Part shown: in pieces, positions 19,092-31,507 of the stretch
How positions within the stretch are numbered: position 1 is the first letter of the stretch
Layout of the letters: each line of letters opens with the position of its first letter
Source: Pusillimonas sp.
GTDB lineage: Bacteria > Pseudomonadota > Gammaproteobacteria > Burkholderiales > Burkholderiaceae_B
DNA: 64,000 bases
Reading direction: 5' to 3'
NCBI GenBank assembly: GCA_044464765.1
Contig: JBIQKZ010000019.1
Location: 4,759 to 68,758, forward strand
The notes under the pieces: generated by a model
Seen by the model: the letters and a program-made list of their open reading frames with translations, nothing else
Told to the model about the DNA's origin: nothing
The model's database searches: none
Position numbers and translations under genes: made by a program

Positions 19092-20302
19092 TTAGCCAAA
19101 GCGGGCGTTTTCTTGCGGATGGCTAACCCAAGTGCGACAACCGACAGGACAAGGGGAACGAAGGACACCCAGAGGACTGTATCCCAGCCGTAGGCGGACA
19201 GCAGCCCGCCGGACAGGAATGATCCAATTGCCATCAGGCCGAAGACAATGAAGTCGTTGAGTGATTGGACACGCGTTTTCTCCTCAGGCCGATGACACTC
19301 CAGCACCAGAGCAGATGCCCCCAGGAAGCCGAAGTTCCATCCGACGCCAAGCAGGATCAGCGACCACCAGAAGTGCATTATCTCGATGCCGCCTAGTCCA
19401 ACGGCGGCAGACAGGCCAATCAAGCCCAGGCCAACAGCCGCGATTCGCCCTGCGCCAAAGCGTGAAATCAGGTTGCCCGTGAAGAAGCTCGGGGCGTACA
19501 TGGCAATCACATGCCATTGCAGGCCCAGATTTGCCGATTCCTGCGAATGGCCGCACATATGCATGGCCAATGGCGCCGCTGTCATCAGGAAGTTCATCAG
19601 CATGTAGGAGACAGCGCCGGCGATCACCGCCGCAATAAAGCGCGGCTGCAGCGCAATCACCTTGAGCGGCCGCCCACCGGCGATTTCCGCCGCTGTCGGA
19701 GCGGGCAGTTGGACGCCGAGCAGGATGAGTGCCGAGATTGCCGCCACGGCCGCCTGCGCCAGATAGGTGGCCGCGAACATGTGGGGCGGCCAGAGATCCA
19801 TCGTCCCGCTGACGAGTTGCGGGCCCACGACCCCGGCGGCGACTCCGCCGGCCATCACCAGCGATAGCGCACGGGCCCGTCGCTCAGGCGCTACGCCGTC
19901 GGCCGCGGCGAAGCGAAAGGACAGCACGACGGCGGCATAGACGCCGCCAAAGAACGTGGCCAGGCAGAAAAGCCAGAATCCTTGGATGATGACGGCGATC
20001 ATGGCCAGCAAACCGGTGAGCACGCCCGCCCCCGTCCCCAGCAGGAAAGCCGCCCGACGGCCATGGCGTCGCGCGAAAGCGCCCACAGGCAGGGTGCAGG
20101 CGGCCATGCCCACCACAAAAATGGAAATGGGTAGTGTCGCCAGCATCGCTGTGGGGGCGAGCATGTTGCCCACAATGGACCCAGTGGCATAGACCACTAC
20201 CGAATTTGCGCCTGCCAACGCCTGGGCGACGGAGAGCCGCCATATGTTTGCCCGCTGGGTTTTCTCGGGCAGAACGAAAGAAGGATTGCTTATTGAAGTC
20301 AT
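19088..20302 (-). CDS. MFS transporter (about 12 TMS)
   Basis: 404 aa, uniformly hydrophobic, with an FARRHGRR-type loop between TM2 and TM3. Confidence 0.85.
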   Translation of the reverse strand: MTSISNPSFVLPEKTQRANIWRLSVAQALAGANSVVVYATGSIVGNMLAPTAMLATLPISIFVVGMAACTLPVGAFARRHGRRAAFLLGTGAGVLTGLLAMIAVIIQGFWLFCLATFFGGVYAAVVLSFRFAAADGVAPERRARALSLVMAGGVAAGVVGPQLVSGTMDLWPPHMFAATYLAQAAVAAISALILLGVQLPAPTAAEIAGGRPLKVIALQPRFIAAVIAGAVSYMLMNFLMTAAPLAMHMCGHSQESANLGLQWHVIAMYAPSFFTGNLISRFGAGRIAAVGLGLIGLSAAVGLGGIEIMHFWWSLILLGVGWNFGFLGASALVLECHRPEEKTRVQSLNDFIVFGLMAIGSFLSGGLLSAYGWDTVLWVSFVPLVLSVVALGLAIRKKTPALAK

Positions 20303-20384
20303 ATGTTATTTCAGCGTATAAACATCATGTTGTCTGTCGATAAAATACTCATTACCATAGAATAAATGACAGAAAGTTAAGCCT

Positions 20385-21167
20385 ATGCAATGGATATCTC
20401 TTGCCACCCCTTCGAATGTGCTGCCTCCGAACCCGATGACGATGCGGGTGCAGTCCATTCCGCCCCGCCATCAATTTGCTGACCATTTTCATCATTGGAA
20501 TCAGATGGTCTACGCGATTTCCGGTGTCCTCACCGTTGTTGCGGAAGGGCGTTCTTTTTTGATTTCACCGAATCAGGCTGCGTGGCTGCCAACGGGCAAC
20601 GTGCACAGGGTCGGATCGCTTCTTGGTGCGGAGTTCCGAAGCGTATGGGTGCGTGACGACCTTGGCGACAGCCTTTTTTCAGGTGGAGTGGCAGTTTTTG
20701 CGGTTTCTCCGCTGTTGAAGGCACTCATTATTGAAGCGGCAGGGTTTGACGGAAAGCAGGATGCCGACGGTTATGGCGAGCGGGTTTTCCGATTGATTAT
20801 CGATCAGTTATGCAGGGCGGATTCCGTTGCCAGTGCGCTTCCATGGCCGGTAAGCGAAGGGCTGGCGAAACTGTGTCAAGAACTCTTTGAAAATCCGGCA
20901 GATCCGCGAGGCATCGAAGAGTGGGGCGCGGCTTTGGGCATGTCGGGCCGCACGCTTGCACGCCGTTTCCATGCCGAAACAGGAAGCTCCCTGCGTTCCT
21001 GGCGCCGCCGCCTCAGGCTGTTCAGGGCTATCGAGCTTCTGGAGAGCGGCATGGGGGTCACCAGAACGGCAATGGAGCTCGGATACCGTTCTGTATCGGC
21101 TTTCACGTATGCGTTCAGAACCGAGATGAAGTGCAGCCCCCGGGTTTATATGCGAGTAACCGATTAG
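20385..21167 (+). CDS. AraC-family regulator with an N-terminal cupin
   Basis: C-terminal HTH_AraC region (SGRTLARRFHAETGSSLRSWRRRLRL...ELGYRSVSAFTYAFRTEM). It is divergent from the MFS pair. Confidence 0.88.
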   Translation: MQWISLATPSNVLPPNPMTMRVQSIPPRHQFADHFHHWNQMVYAISGVLTVVAEGRSFLISPNQAAWLPTGNVHRVGSLLGAEFRSVWVRDDLGDSLFSGGVAVFAVSPLLKALIIEAAGFDGKQDADGYGERVFRLIIDQLCRADSVASALPWPVSEGLAKLCQELFENPADPRGIEEWGAALGMSGRTLARRFHAETGSSLRSWRRRLRLFRAIELLESGMGVTRTAMELGYRSVSAFTYAFRTEMKCSPRVYMRVTD

Positions 21168-21213
21168 TTGGGTTGAAAGCGATTTTCAAGCGAGTTCGAA
21201 GTATGCTGAGAGA

Positions 21214-22062
21214 TTATGGAGAGGCGTCATCAATACTCCGACGAGCCATATCAATGCCAGTCAGTACCGCCTGGGCCGCTTCCGAATTAGCCGGGAGCTG
21301 TTCCAGTAATTGTTGCCAGTAGTCAATGGCCGCCTGATAATCGCCACGCTCGAATGCAGCCCTTCCTGCCAAGGTGAGAGCGAATGGTTCGCCGGGGTCG
21401 AGGGTAAGGGCGCGATTGAGTAGTCGCGTGGCTTCCTGGGTAAATCCGCTTGCGCTGCTGCGTGCGATTACTTCGGCATATTCCGCCAGGGAAAGCGGGT
21501 CCGTCTGGATGATGGGAGCAGCGTTGGAAAAAGCATGGGCTGCATCTGCATATCTTCCAAAGTATCGATAAGAGCGGCCCAACATCAGCCAGCCCTCGGG
21601 ATTGTCCGGGTTTTCTGTCAGGCGCGCCTCTAGAGACTCCACCATATTCTGCACATCAGCCTGAGTCATTGTGGCAGCATCGGGGGGTGGGGCGGGCAGC
21701 GTTGCGGCCGGGCTGCCAAGGTATGCGTACACCAGCAGGGCGGCCACAGGCAAGACGATGCACACTACCGCAGCTGTTCGTCGGCTGTTATGCGTGTCGA
21801 TAGGGGGAGCCGAGCCAGGTATCGCCTCATCCAGAGCGCGGCGCTGCAACTCTTGCTTGGCCACGGCAAAATCGTGACCGGATAGTGTACGGTTTGCGAC
21901 GTCTTCTTCCAATTCAGCCAGCTGATCGCGCAAAACCGTTGCGTTGACCGAGTGATGCCCGATCTCATCACCTTGGCCTGGGCCGCGCCAAAGGACGCGG
22001 CCGAGCCACAATGCCACCGTTGCGCAGAGCAACGACACAATGCCGGCGAAGAGCAAACTCAT
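21214..22062 (-). CDS. ccmI: Cytochrome c-type biogenesis protein CcmI (TPR)
   Basis: N-terminal TM segment plus a TPR-like C-terminus. It is the last gene of the ccm operon and overlaps ccmH by 4 nt. Confidence 0.8.
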   Translation of the reverse strand: MSLLFAGIVSLLCATVALWLGRVLWRGPGQGDEIGHHSVNATVLRDQLAELEEDVANRTLSGHDFAVAKQELQRRALDEAIPGSAPPIDTHNSRRTAAVVCIVLPVAALLVYAYLGSPAATLPAPPPDAATMTQADVQNMVESLEARLTENPDNPEGWLMLGRSYRYFGRYADAAHAFSNAAPIIQTDPLSLAEYAEVIARSSASGFTQEATRLLNRALTLDPGEPFALTLAGRAAFERGDYQAAIDYWQQLLEQLPANSEAAQAVLTGIDMARRSIDDASP

Positions 22063-22526
22063 GATGAATTACCTTTTGAATTAGCTTCGCTGGTGCTGCG
22101 CTGTAAAAGGGCGTCTGCCATGTTTTGTTCGTCATCGTCAAGCGGGTTAGGCGCGGCGTTTCTATTTCGGCGCCGCAGTGTCATAGCGAGCACCAGGAGT
22201 CCGCCCACCATAAGCAGCATGGGCCCTAGCCACAGAAAAAGCGTGGTAGCTTTCAGTGGTGGCCGATAAAGTATGAAGTCGCCATACCTTGCCACTAGGA
22301 AGTCCTGAATCTGAGCGTCTGATCGTCCCGCCTTGATCTGATTACGAATCAGTTCCCGTATGTCCACCGCAAAGTCGGCGCGCGAGGCGGCAACCGATTC
22401 GTTCTGGCACACCAGGCAGCGCAACTCGGTGGCGATATCCAGCATGCGCGCCTCAACCGCGCTGTCGTTGCCCCAGGCGGGCTGGCAAACCAGTGCGCAA
22501 AGCAGCAACAGCCATATACGCCTCAT
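22059..22526 (-). CDS. ccmH: Cytochrome c-type biogenesis protein CcmH
   Basis: Signal peptide and the LRCLVCQNES motif. Confidence 0.9.
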   Translation of the reverse strand: MRRIWLLLLCALVCQPAWGNDSAVEARMLDIATELRCLVCQNESVAASRADFAVDIRELIRNQIKAGRSDAQIQDFLVARYGDFILYRPPLKATTLFLWLGPMLLMVGGLLVLAMTLRRRNRNAAPNPLDDDEQNMADALLQRSTSEANSKGNSS

Positions 22527-23047
22527 TTCTGCAGCTCCCGAACCAGGGGCAGGATGGTGTCGCGTGCATCGCCGAAGCTGACCGCCCCGATATGCTTGTA
22601 GCGGATGACACCCTGTTTATCGATGACATACGTTTCCGGCACGCCATAAACGCCATAGTCGATACCGACGACGCCTTCGGAATCTGTGATCACTGCTTCA
22701 TAGGCATTGCCATGGCGCTGTAGCCAGGCGATTGCATCATCGGCTATATCCTTGTAGTTCAGGCCGACAATCGACAATCCGTGGGTGGTGGACAAATCGG
22801 TAATGACGGGGTGCTCTTCAAGGCAGGGCGGGCACCACGATGCCCAGACATTCAGCAGCCACACCTTGCCGTCCATGGATTGCGGCGAGAATGTTTCGTC
22901 CGGGGCTGCCAACTTGGGCAAACTAAAGACGGGCGCCGGTTTGCCGATAAGCGGAGAAGGCACTTCGCTGGGCTTCAACGTCAAGCCGATGGCCAATAAG
23001 CCTATCAGCAACAGTAGTCCGGTCAAAGGCCATAAAAAACGATTCAT
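22523..23047 (-). CDS. ccmG: Thiol:disulfide oxidoreductase CcmG/DsbE
   Basis: WASWCPPC active site and GVYGVPETYVID. Confidence 0.92.
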   Translation of the reverse strand: MNRFLWPLTGLLLLIGLLAIGLTLKPSEVPSPLIGKPAPVFSLPKLAAPDETFSPQSMDGKVWLLNVWASWCPPCLEEHPVITDLSTTHGLSIVGLNYKDIADDAIAWLQRHGNAYEAVITDSEGVVGIDYGVYGVPETYVIDKQGVIRYKHIGAVSFGDARDTILPLVRELQK

Positions 23048-25014
23048 GCGCCGGCTCCATGGGCCGCCGTGTCTGTTTGGCGCCGGCGGCGTTTAAGCCG
23101 GTAGCGGCGATCACTGATGGCCAGCAGCCCGCCAAGCGCCATCAAGATACAGCCGATCCAGATCCAGTCGACAAACGGCTTGTAGTAGACCCGCACGCTC
23201 CATGACCCATCGCCCAGAGGTTCGCCCAGGGACACGTACACGTGCCGCAGGCCGTTGGCGTCAATGGCCGCTTCTGTCATCGGCATGTCCGACGAAAAGT
23301 AATCGCGTTTCTCGGGGTGGAGTGTGCGCAGGGTTTTGCCGTTCTTTGAAAGCAGCACGTCACCGATTTCCGCCGCGTAGTTGGGGCCTGTTGCCTTGGC
23401 GACCCCGCGGAACGTCAAGTCATAGCTTCCCGCCTGCACCGTAGCGCCGGGTTCCATGCGCAGGTCTTGTTCGGTTTCATAACCCATGACCAGCGTGACG
23501 CCCGTGACGAACACGGCGATGCCCATATGGGCCAGATGCATTCCCAGCCAACTGCGCGGCTGCTTCAGCGGACCGCTGCGGGTGGCGCGCACACGTTGCA
23601 TCACGCCGATGGCCACCGACGCCGCGATCCAGGCCGCCAGGCCCAGTCCCAGCGCTATCAGCACAGACCACCGCCCCAGCAAGAGCGGTGCGCCGATGCC
23701 GACAAAAAGCGCTATCCACGCGGGATGCAGAAGCTGCTTCGTCAAGGCTGCGAACTTTGCCGATTTCCAGTTGGCTGCGGGCCCTATGGCCATGAGCAGC
23801 AGGGCGGGAACCATCAGCGGCACAAAAATGGCATTGAAGTACGGGGGGCCGACCGAAATCTTGCCCAGGTTGAAGGCGTCGAGCAGCAGCGGATACAGGG
23901 TTCCGAGGGTCACGGCGCCGGCCGCCGCGGCCAGCAGCACATTGTTCACCAGTAAGAGAGACTCGCGCGACACCAATGAGAATTGGCCCCCTGTGCTTAC
24001 CTTGGGGGCTCGCAAGGCAAAGAGCATTAATGATGCGCCCACCACGACAGCGAAAAGGATGAGCAGGAACACGCCTCGCCGGGGATCGGTGGCAAAAGCA
24101 TGCACGGACGTCAGCACACCCGAGCGCACCAGAAAGGCCCCCAACAGGGAAAACGAGAACGTGCTGATCGCAAGGAGCACCGTCCAGTTCTTGAAACTGC
24201 CGCGTTTTTCCGTCACGGCCAAGGAGTGAATCAGGGCAGTGCCTACGAGCCAGGGGATGAAGGATGAGTTTTCCACCGGATCCCAGAACCACCATCCGCC
24301 CCATCCGAGCTCGTAATAGGCCCACCAGCTACCCAAGGCGATGCCCAGTGTCAGGAACAGCCAGGCGGCCGTGGCCCAGGGTCGGGACCATCGCGCCCAG
24401 GCAGAATCCAGCTGCCCGGCCAGCAAGGCGGCCACGGCAAATGCGAAAGCCACCGAGAACCCGACATACCCCATATACAGCAGTGGTGGATGAAGTATCA
24501 GGCCGATATCCTGCAGTAGCGGATTCAAGTCCATCCCCTCCATGGCGGGAGGCATAAGCCGCTCGAACGGATTGGAGGTTGCCAGTACAAACAGCAGGAA
24601 CCCGGCGGTGACCAAGCCCAGCACGCCCAGTACGCGCGCCACCATGGCCTCGGGCAGTTGCCTTGAAAAAAAGCTTACAGCACAGGCCCATCCGGTTTGC
24701 ATCAGCAGCCACAACAGCAGCGAGCCTTCGTGGCCGCCCCATGTCGCGGCGATTCGATAGAACCAGGGCAGTTGGGAGTTGGAGTTCTGCGCCACGTAGA
24801 GAACTGAAAAGTCGTTGGCGAAGAACGACCCGCCGAGCGCAATGAAGCTGATGGCCACCAATAGAAGCTGAGCGCGCGTGGCGGGACGCGCGAAGGCGAT
24901 CCAGGCGGCATTGCCACGCGAGGCGCCCGCAAGGGCCAGGCTGGCCTGCGCCAGCGCCACGAATAGTGCAAGGATTAGTGAGAAATGTCCGATCTCGGGA
25001 AGCATGGCGATCAT
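23044..25014 (-). CDS. ccmF: Cytochrome c haem lyase subunit CcmF
   Basis: 656 aa, polytopic, with the WWD motif [12 protein letters not shown]. Confidence 0.93.
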   Translation of the reverse strand: MIAMLPEIGHFSLILALFVALAQASLALAGASRGNAAWIAFARPATRAQLLLVAISFIALGGSFFANDFSVLYVAQNSNSQLPWFYRIAATWGGHEGSLLLWLLMQTGWACAVSFFSRQLPEAMVARVLGVLGLVTAGFLLFVLATSNPFERLMPPAMEGMDLNPLLQDIGLILHPPLLYMGYVGFSVAFAFAVAALLAGQLDSAWARWSRPWATAAWLFLTLGIALGSWWAYYELGWGGWWFWDPVENSSFIPWLVGTALIHSLAVTEKRGSFKNWTVLLAISTFSFSLLGAFLVRSGVLTSVHAFATDPRRGVFLLILFAVVVGASLMLFALRAPKVSTGGQFSLVSRESLLLVNNVLLAAAAGAVTLGTLYPLLLDAFNLGKISVGPPYFNAIFVPLMVPALLLMAIGPAANWKSAKFAALTKQLLHPAWIALFVGIGAPLLLGRWSVLIALGLGLAAWIAASVAIGVMQRVRATRSGPLKQPRSWLGMHLAHMGIAVFVTGVTLVMGYETEQDLRMEPGATVQAGSYDLTFRGVAKATGPNYAAEIGDVLLSKNGKTLRTLHPEKRDYFSSDMPMTEAAIDANGLRHVYVSLGEPLGDGSWSVRVYYKPFVDWIWIGCILMALGGLLAISDRRYRLKRRRRQTDTAAHGAGA

Positions 25015-25451
25015 AGCCTCCCTGCATTGGTGGCTTTCTCGGCTTCGTTCAAGGCGTGCTGGGCTTCGGGAGGCATGTAGTTTTCATCGTGCTTTGCCAG
25101 TACCTCCTGGGCCAGAAACCGGCCGCCTGACTCAAGCCTGCCTTGTGCCACTACGCCCTTGCCTTCGCTGAATAGGTCAGGGAGTATGCCCGTGTAGCTG
25201 ACGGGTACCGTCTTGGCGTTGTCGGTCACGACGAACTGCACTGTCAGGCCGTCACGTCGTACGCTGCCCGCTTGCACGATCCCCCCGACGCGGAAGAGGC
25301 GTTCCTGAGGAGCCTCGCCCGCATTGACCTGCGTAGGAGTAAAGAAGAACACAAGATTATTCTGGAATGCATTGAGGACGAGCGCCGTCGCAATGGCGAT
25401 GGCGGCCAGCCCGCCTCCAATAAGTAGGATGCGTTGATGGCGCTTCTTCAT
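25011..25451 (-). CDS. ccmE: Haem chaperone CcmE
   Basis: N-terminal anchor and the haem-binding region [12 protein letters not shown]. Confidence 0.93.
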   Translation of the reverse strand: MKKRHQRILLIGGGLAAIAIATALVLNAFQNNLVFFFTPTQVNAGEAPQERLFRVGGIVQAGSVRRDGLTVQFVVTDNAKTVPVSYTGILPDLFSEGKGVVAQGRLESGGRFLAQEVLAKHDENYMPPEAQHALNEAEKATNAGRL

Positions 25452-25630
25452 TGGACTGTCTCTTTTCGCATGCGCTGCTCGCGAACTGCTTGCAGCAGCG
25501 CTGATCTACGGCGCCGTCCAAGAAGCATCTGTTCGACGCACACAGCGATGATGGACATTCCCATGGCACCCCATACGTATGCACCATAGCCGCCCATGGC
25601 CAGGAATTCAGTTGGACTTGACCATGTCAT
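25448..25630 (-). CDS. ccmD: Haem exporter protein CcmD
   Basis: 60-aa single-TM peptide [21 protein letters not shown]... It is bounded by ATGA overlaps with ccmC and ccmE, and it is only the 3' end of the 283-aa track ORF. Confidence 0.8.
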   Translation of the reverse strand: MTWSSPTEFLAMGGYGAYVWGAMGMSIIAVCVEQMLLGRRRRSALLQAVREQRMRKETVQ

Positions 25631-26364
25631 TCTTTCATCTCCTTCAATTCGTTCAGCCACCCGGCATGGCGCTCGCGCTCCAGAATGATGCAGCGCATAC
25701 GTCTTAGTGCGGCGGCGATGGTATACGCCCATGCGGCCAGGGCCATGAGCAGCATGCCGGCCAGCATGAGCGTTGCCATGGACGGGGCGCGTGTCAGCGA
25801 GACTGAGGCCCCCTGATGCAAGGTGCTCCACCACTGGACCGAGAAATAGATAATCGGAATGTTCACTACGCCGACGAGAGCCAGCACGGCAGCGGCCTTG
25901 TCGCCGCGCCGAGGGTCGTCCACGGCCGACTGGAGCGCAATGAAGGCCATGTACAAGAAGAACAGAATCAGCTCTGAGGTCAGGCGCGCATCCCACACCC
26001 ACCAGGCTCCCCACATTGGCTTGCCCCACAAGGCGCCGGTCCATAGGGAGAGAAAGGTGAACATGGCGCCGGTGGGCGCCAGGGCCGATGCCATCATGGC
26101 CGAGAGGCGGCTGTTGAAAACCAGCCCCACTGCGGCCCAGAAAGCCATCACCAAATAGATGAACATCGACATCCATGAGGCGGGCACATGCACGAAGATA
26201 ATGCGGTATCCCTCGCCTTGCTGGGCGTCGGTGGGCGCCATGAAGAAACCTGCGTATAACCCCGCCGCTGTCAACAGGACGGCGGCTGTGCCAAACCACG
26301 GGATCAGGCGTCCGGCAAGCGGATAAAACGTTCTTGGCGATGCATATTTGAACCAGTTGATCAT
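25627..26364 (-). CDS. ccmC: Haem exporter protein CcmC
   Basis: WWD motif WGAWWVWDARLTSE. I placed the start at MINWFKY (26364), although the track start 26388 is possible. Confidence 0.9.
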   Translation of the reverse strand: MINWFKYASPRTFYPLAGRLIPWFGTAAVLLTAAGLYAGFFMAPTDAQQGEGYRIIFVHVPASWMSMFIYLVMAFWAAVGLVFNSRLSAMMASALAPTGAMFTFLSLWTGALWGKPMWGAWWVWDARLTSELILFFLYMAFIALQSAVDDPRRGDKAAAVLALVGVVNIPIIYFSVQWWSTLHQGASVSLTRAPSMATLMLAGMLLMALAAWAYTIAAALRRMRCIILERERHAGWLNELKEMKE

Positions 26365-26374
26365 CTGCTTTTCA

Positions 26375-27058
26375 TTACTCCAGCGCAATCTTCAGCGCGG
26401 CAGCCGTCGCCCAAGGGGCAAAAAACGCGGCCAGCACCAACATCGCTCCCAGCAGCGAAATATTCGCGCCTGTGCGTGCCCCGCCGGTGGCGACGTCAAC
26501 AGCGGCCGTGCCAAAAATCAACACAGGTACGTAAAGCGGCAAAATCAGCAGTGTCAGCAGCACGCTGTTGCTGCGCAAGCCCAATGTCAGGCTGGCTCCA
26601 ATCGCTCCAAGCAGGCTCAGCACCGGGGTGCCGAGCAATAACGAGGCTGTCAGCGCATATAGAGATGAAGGCGGCAGGCCGAATTGCAGTGCCAAAAATG
26701 GCGCCAGCAATGTCAGCGGCAGGCCGGTCAATAGCCAGTACGCGATGACTTTGCCCAATATCAATACGCCTAACGGAGCGGAGGACAGGAGCAGTTGCTC
26801 CAGGGTCCCGTCCAGATAATCCCGTTCAAACAGGCGATTCAACGAGATCAAGGTGGCCAGCAATGCGGCAATCCACAAAATGCCGGGTGCAATCTGTCTG
26901 AGCATGTCTCGTTCTGCGCCAACGCCCAATGGAATCAAGCTAACCACGATGACAAAGAATGAAAGCGAAGTCAGGACTTCGGACTTGCAACGCATGGCGA
27001 CTTTTAAATCATGTTTGATCACTCCATGGAAAGAAGCCAGCCCGAGGGGTGCACTCAT
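26375..27058 (-). CDS. ccmB: Haem exporter permease CcmB
   Basis: 227 aa with six hydrophobic segments, positioned between ccmA and ccmC. Confidence 0.9.
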   Translation of the reverse strand: MSAPLGLASFHGVIKHDLKVAMRCKSEVLTSLSFFVIVVSLIPLGVGAERDMLRQIAPGILWIAALLATLISLNRLFERDYLDGTLEQLLLSSAPLGVLILGKVIAYWLLTGLPLTLLAPFLALQFGLPPSSLYALTASLLLGTPVLSLLGAIGASLTLGLRSNSVLLTLLILPLYVPVLIFGTAAVDVATGGARTGANISLLGAMLVLAAFFAPWATAAALKIALE

Positions 27059-27675
27059 GTGCTTATCCGCATGTGATGCGTTGCATGCTTCAGTTTCATC
27101 TCATGATGCGTTGTGACGGCGGCTATGCCACCACGGCACAGGTGCCGATCTATCGTTTCCGTCACCCATTGGGTGGCTTTGCTGTCCAAGGCGGTCAAAG
27201 GTTCGTCCAATACCCACAAAGGGCGTTTTTGCAGTATTAATCTGGCCAGGTTCACTCGACGCTTCTGTCCTTGAGACAAGAGCCGCGTTGGGAGATTTTC
27301 CTTGCCTTGCAATCCCACCTGATGTAATGCCGTTTGTATCGCACTTGCGCTGGACGTTTCATTCGCCAGGGTCAAGGCAAACTTCAGATTTTCCTCTGCA
27401 TTAAGCTCTTCCTTCAATCCTGATAGGTGGCCCGCGTAAATGAGCCGACATCGGTATTCTTCATCCAAAGGCTTGATCTTGCGCCCATGCCAGTACAGTG
27501 CGCCGGCAGCGGGGGCTGCCAGCCCCACAAGCACGCGGAGCAAACTCGTTTTTCCACTACCGTTGTCGCCATGAATCACCAGGCATTCGCCGGCCTTGAG
27601 ATGAAAGTTCAGGCCATTGAACAAACTGCGATCACCGCGTACACATTCTAGGTTGAGAGCTTTGAGCAACTTCAC
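27055..27675 (-). CDS. ccmA: Haem exporter ATPase CcmA
   Basis: Walker A GDNGSGKTS, ABC signature LSQGQKRR and Walker B LWVLDEP. Confidence 0.92.
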   Translation of the reverse strand: MKLLKALNLECVRGDRSLFNGLNFHLKAGECLVIHGDNGSGKTSLLRVLVGLAAPAAGALYWHGRKIKPLDEEYRCRLIYAGHLSGLKEELNAEENLKFALTLANETSSASAIQTALHQVGLQGKENLPTRLLSQGQKRRVNLARLILQKRPLWVLDEPLTALDSKATQWVTETIDRHLCRGGIAAVTTHHEMKLKHATHHMRIST

Positions 27676-27809
27676 CTCTATTTAAGGAACTACTGCCAAT
27701 CGAGAGAAGCGCAGATTGCATGGGTTGATTCACTCACGCTGCTGGGCGCATTCGTATGGGCAATGACGTGCCCGATTGGGCCAATCATTACGCACGATAC
27801 GTCAGTGCG

Positions 27810-27826
27810 ATTAAGCCAGCGTTAAG
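27810..27826 (-). promoter_or_regulatory. Direct repeat CTTAAC-N5-CTTAAT (minus-strand reading) 135 nt upstream of ccmA
   Basis: The plus strand reads attaag ccagc gttaag. It lies in the 238-nt trxB-ccmA gap and has the same architecture as the boxes at 35816 and 37978. Confidence 0.55.
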
Positions 27827-27913
27827 GGCGCAGTGGCCGTATCTAATTCGGGTTTTAGCTTTTGGGCCGCTTCGAATTGACAGAGGCTGTCTGGCGGGCT
27901 TTTATTCGCGGAG

Positions 27914-29189
<1,276 letters not shown>

Positions 29190-29244
29190 GAATAAGTTTC
29201 CAAGCGAGAGGGATAAAGGTTTGGCGGTGCGGTTCAATGAGCGG

Positions 29245-31491
29245 CTAGGCCAGACCGTTGGACCGAAATGGACGAGCAGAATTGCCGAGGACCGTCATGC
29301 TGCTCAGAAGCATGGCGACGGCGGCTGCACCGGGGGCGACGCCGATATGCAAGAACAACGCAACGATTGCAACGTTGTAGATGATTGAGAAAAAGAGGTT
29401 TTGATGGATTCGCCGCATGATTTGGCGGGCCATTCGACGTGCCAGGACCACTTGACTCAAGCCGCCTTGCGTGATCACCACACCTGACGCTGAGACGGCG
29501 ATAGCATTTGCGCCATTAATGGCCACGCCACAGTCGGCCGCAGCCAGGACGAGCGAGTCGTTGATGCCGTCACCGACAAAAACAGTGTTACGTCCATGTT
29601 CCTGAAGGATTCGCACTTTGTCGTCCGGCTTGCTGGCTGCGTGAACGTGTTGCGGCGCAAAGCCGAGTTTTCCACCCACCCAGTTTGCTGCCATGGCGTG
29701 ATCGCCTGTTACCAGCAGAGTTCGACAGCCTTCTTTACGCAGGAAGTCCAAGGACACCAGCGAATCGGCTCGAATGCTGTCTTGCAGGTCGATTTGCCCT
29801 TCCCATCGCCCGTTACGGGAAATGTGCACTGTGGCGCTTGGTGCTGGGCCTGTTGCTGGATTAGCGGCTGCTTCCCCCTTCTCGGTGCAGCGCACACCCT
29901 GCCGCTCCAGCCATTTGGCGGCTCCGATCAGCCATGTCGCCCCATCGGGCGCGATATAACGCACGCCGGCCGGATGCCGCTCCACAAGGGGCGTCAGGGG
30001 CAGATCTTCGATTCCACGAGAACGGGCATGCTGGACGATGGCGTTGGCCACGGGATGGGCAACGCCTGTTTCCGCATTCGCGACGACTCGTAGGAGATCG
30101 TCGGGCGCCAGGTGCTCGCTTGTCAGGCGCGCCACTGTCAATTGTCCCGTCGTGAGCGTTCCCGTCTTATCAAAGGCAAATGTGCGGCCTCGCGCCAGGG
30201 CTTCGACACTGGCGGGATCCCTGAACAGGATGCCGGTGCGCGAAGCGCGAGCACTGCCTGCCGAGAATGCCAGCGGCAGGGCAAGCCCGACGGCGCAGGG
30301 GCAAGCTGCGACGAGTACCGAGAGCGAGGCTAGTAATGCGTGGTCGACGGCCATACCCATCCACAGGTGGCGCGTCAGCGCAAGCAGCGATATAGCGCCA
30401 GCCACTGGAAGTAGCCATCGGGCAAATTGTTCGGCGAGTTTTGACGTCGAGGACTTCGCGCCGAACAGCTCAAGCATGCGCAGACCCAGTTTATCGGCAT
30501 ATCTTTCGCCTTGAGCCTTTTCCACCCGCAGCACTAACGGGGCCTGCAGATTCACCATGCCGGCATGCAGGTAGTCGCCGGCGCTGCGCTCCAGCGGCAG
30601 AGATTCTCCCGTCAGCAAAGACGCGTCTACCTGCGACGCGCCTTTTTCTATGAACCCATCGACAGGTATGCGTTCTCCAGCGAGCACGTAGACTAGAGAG
30701 CTCGTCTGAACCGACTCTAGCGCAACGATTTTTTTGTTTCCATCAGGTTGGATGATGCGTGCCGTTTCCGGCATGAGCTGACGCAACGCATTGATCGCGA
30801 CCATGTTGTGCTTGCGTGCCTGGATTTCGATCAACCGCCCCACCAACAGGAAGGTAATGAGCATCGTGGCGGCATCGACGTATACGGCGGGCGAATTTCG
30901 AGAGAGGTTCCACAGCGACAGCAATAAGGAGCCCCAGACGCCGAGCGATATGAGGGCATCCATGCCGGGAACGCCGGCTCGCACGGTTTTCCAGCCCGCC
31001 CGATAAAAATCGAGGCCGCTGTATAGAACCACCGGCAGGCTGAAAATGGTTGCGGTCCAGCCTACCAGCAAGGCATCGATGCCGGCCACGGCCTCGATGC
31101 CAAAGTAAAGCATCCAGGACCCCAGCATGCTCCACATGCCGAAGAAGGCGGCAACGATCAACTGCAGCCGTATCCGCGATGCTTGTTTTTCCAGAGACAG
31201 GTTCACCTCGTTGTCGTCCAGCAGCGGCGACATTTCGTAGCCTAGGCCCTGCACCCGATCGAAAAGCTTTTGAAAGTCGAAGCGCGCCGGTTCCCACCGA
31301 ACTAAGGCGGAGCCGGAGGTGAAGTTTACGTTGCTGTCCAGCACTCCCGGCGCTTTGTCGATGACGCGCTGCACCGCCATGGCGCAACTGGCGCAGAACA
31401 TGCCGCGGACGGAAAAAATCATGCGCCCGGCGGGGCGTAGGGACTCCAGGTCCAATGTGTTGGCAGCAGTGGCCGTTGTCGTCGACTGCAT
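29245..31491 (-). CDS. Heavy-metal (Cu+-type) P1B ATPase. A CcoI/CopA2-like role is suggested by context
   Basis: N-terminal HMA domain with CASC, TM CPC motif (VAACPCAVGLALP), DKTGTLT phosphorylation site and GDGINDS. ATG 31491 follows RBS GGAGGG. Confidence 0.88.
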   Translation of the reverse strand: MQSTTTATAANTLDLESLRPAGRMIFSVRGMFCASCAMAVQRVIDKAPGVLDSNVNFTSGSALVRWEPARFDFQKLFDRVQGLGYEMSPLLDDNEVNLSLEKQASRIRLQLIVAAFFGMWSMLGSWMLYFGIEAVAGIDALLVGWTATIFSLPVVLYSGLDFYRAGWKTVRAGVPGMDALISLGVWGSLLLSLWNLSRNSPAVYVDAATMLITFLLVGRLIEIQARKHNMVAINALRQLMPETARIIQPDGNKKIVALESVQTSSLVYVLAGERIPVDGFIEKGASQVDASLLTGESLPLERSAGDYLHAGMVNLQAPLVLRVEKAQGERYADKLGLRMLELFGAKSSTSKLAEQFARWLLPVAGAISLLALTRHLWMGMAVDHALLASLSVLVAACPCAVGLALPLAFSAGSARASRTGILFRDPASVEALARGRTFAFDKTGTLTTGQLTVARLTSEHLAPDDLLRVVANAETGVAHPVANAIVQHARSRGIEDLPLTPLVERHPAGVRYIAPDGATWLIGAAKWLERQGVRCTEKGEAAANPATGPAPSATVHISRNGRWEGQIDLQDSIRADSLVSLDFLRKEGCRTLLVTGDHAMAANWVGGKLGFAPQHVHAASKPDDKVRILQEHGRNTVFVGDGINDSLVLAAADCGVAINGANAIAVSASGVVITQGGLSQVVLARRMARQIMRRIHQNLFFSIIYNVAIVALFLHIGVAPGAAAVAMLLSSMTVLGNSARPFRSNGLA

Positions 31492-31507
31492 GGCGTGATC
31501 AGCCCTC

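Noticed and set aside
25631-26299. Upstream part of the 283-aa minus-strand ORF that ends as ccmD
   Set aside because: It overlaps ccmC, which has a clear WWD motif, in another frame. Only the last 60 codons, bounded by ATGA overlaps, correspond to CcmD.
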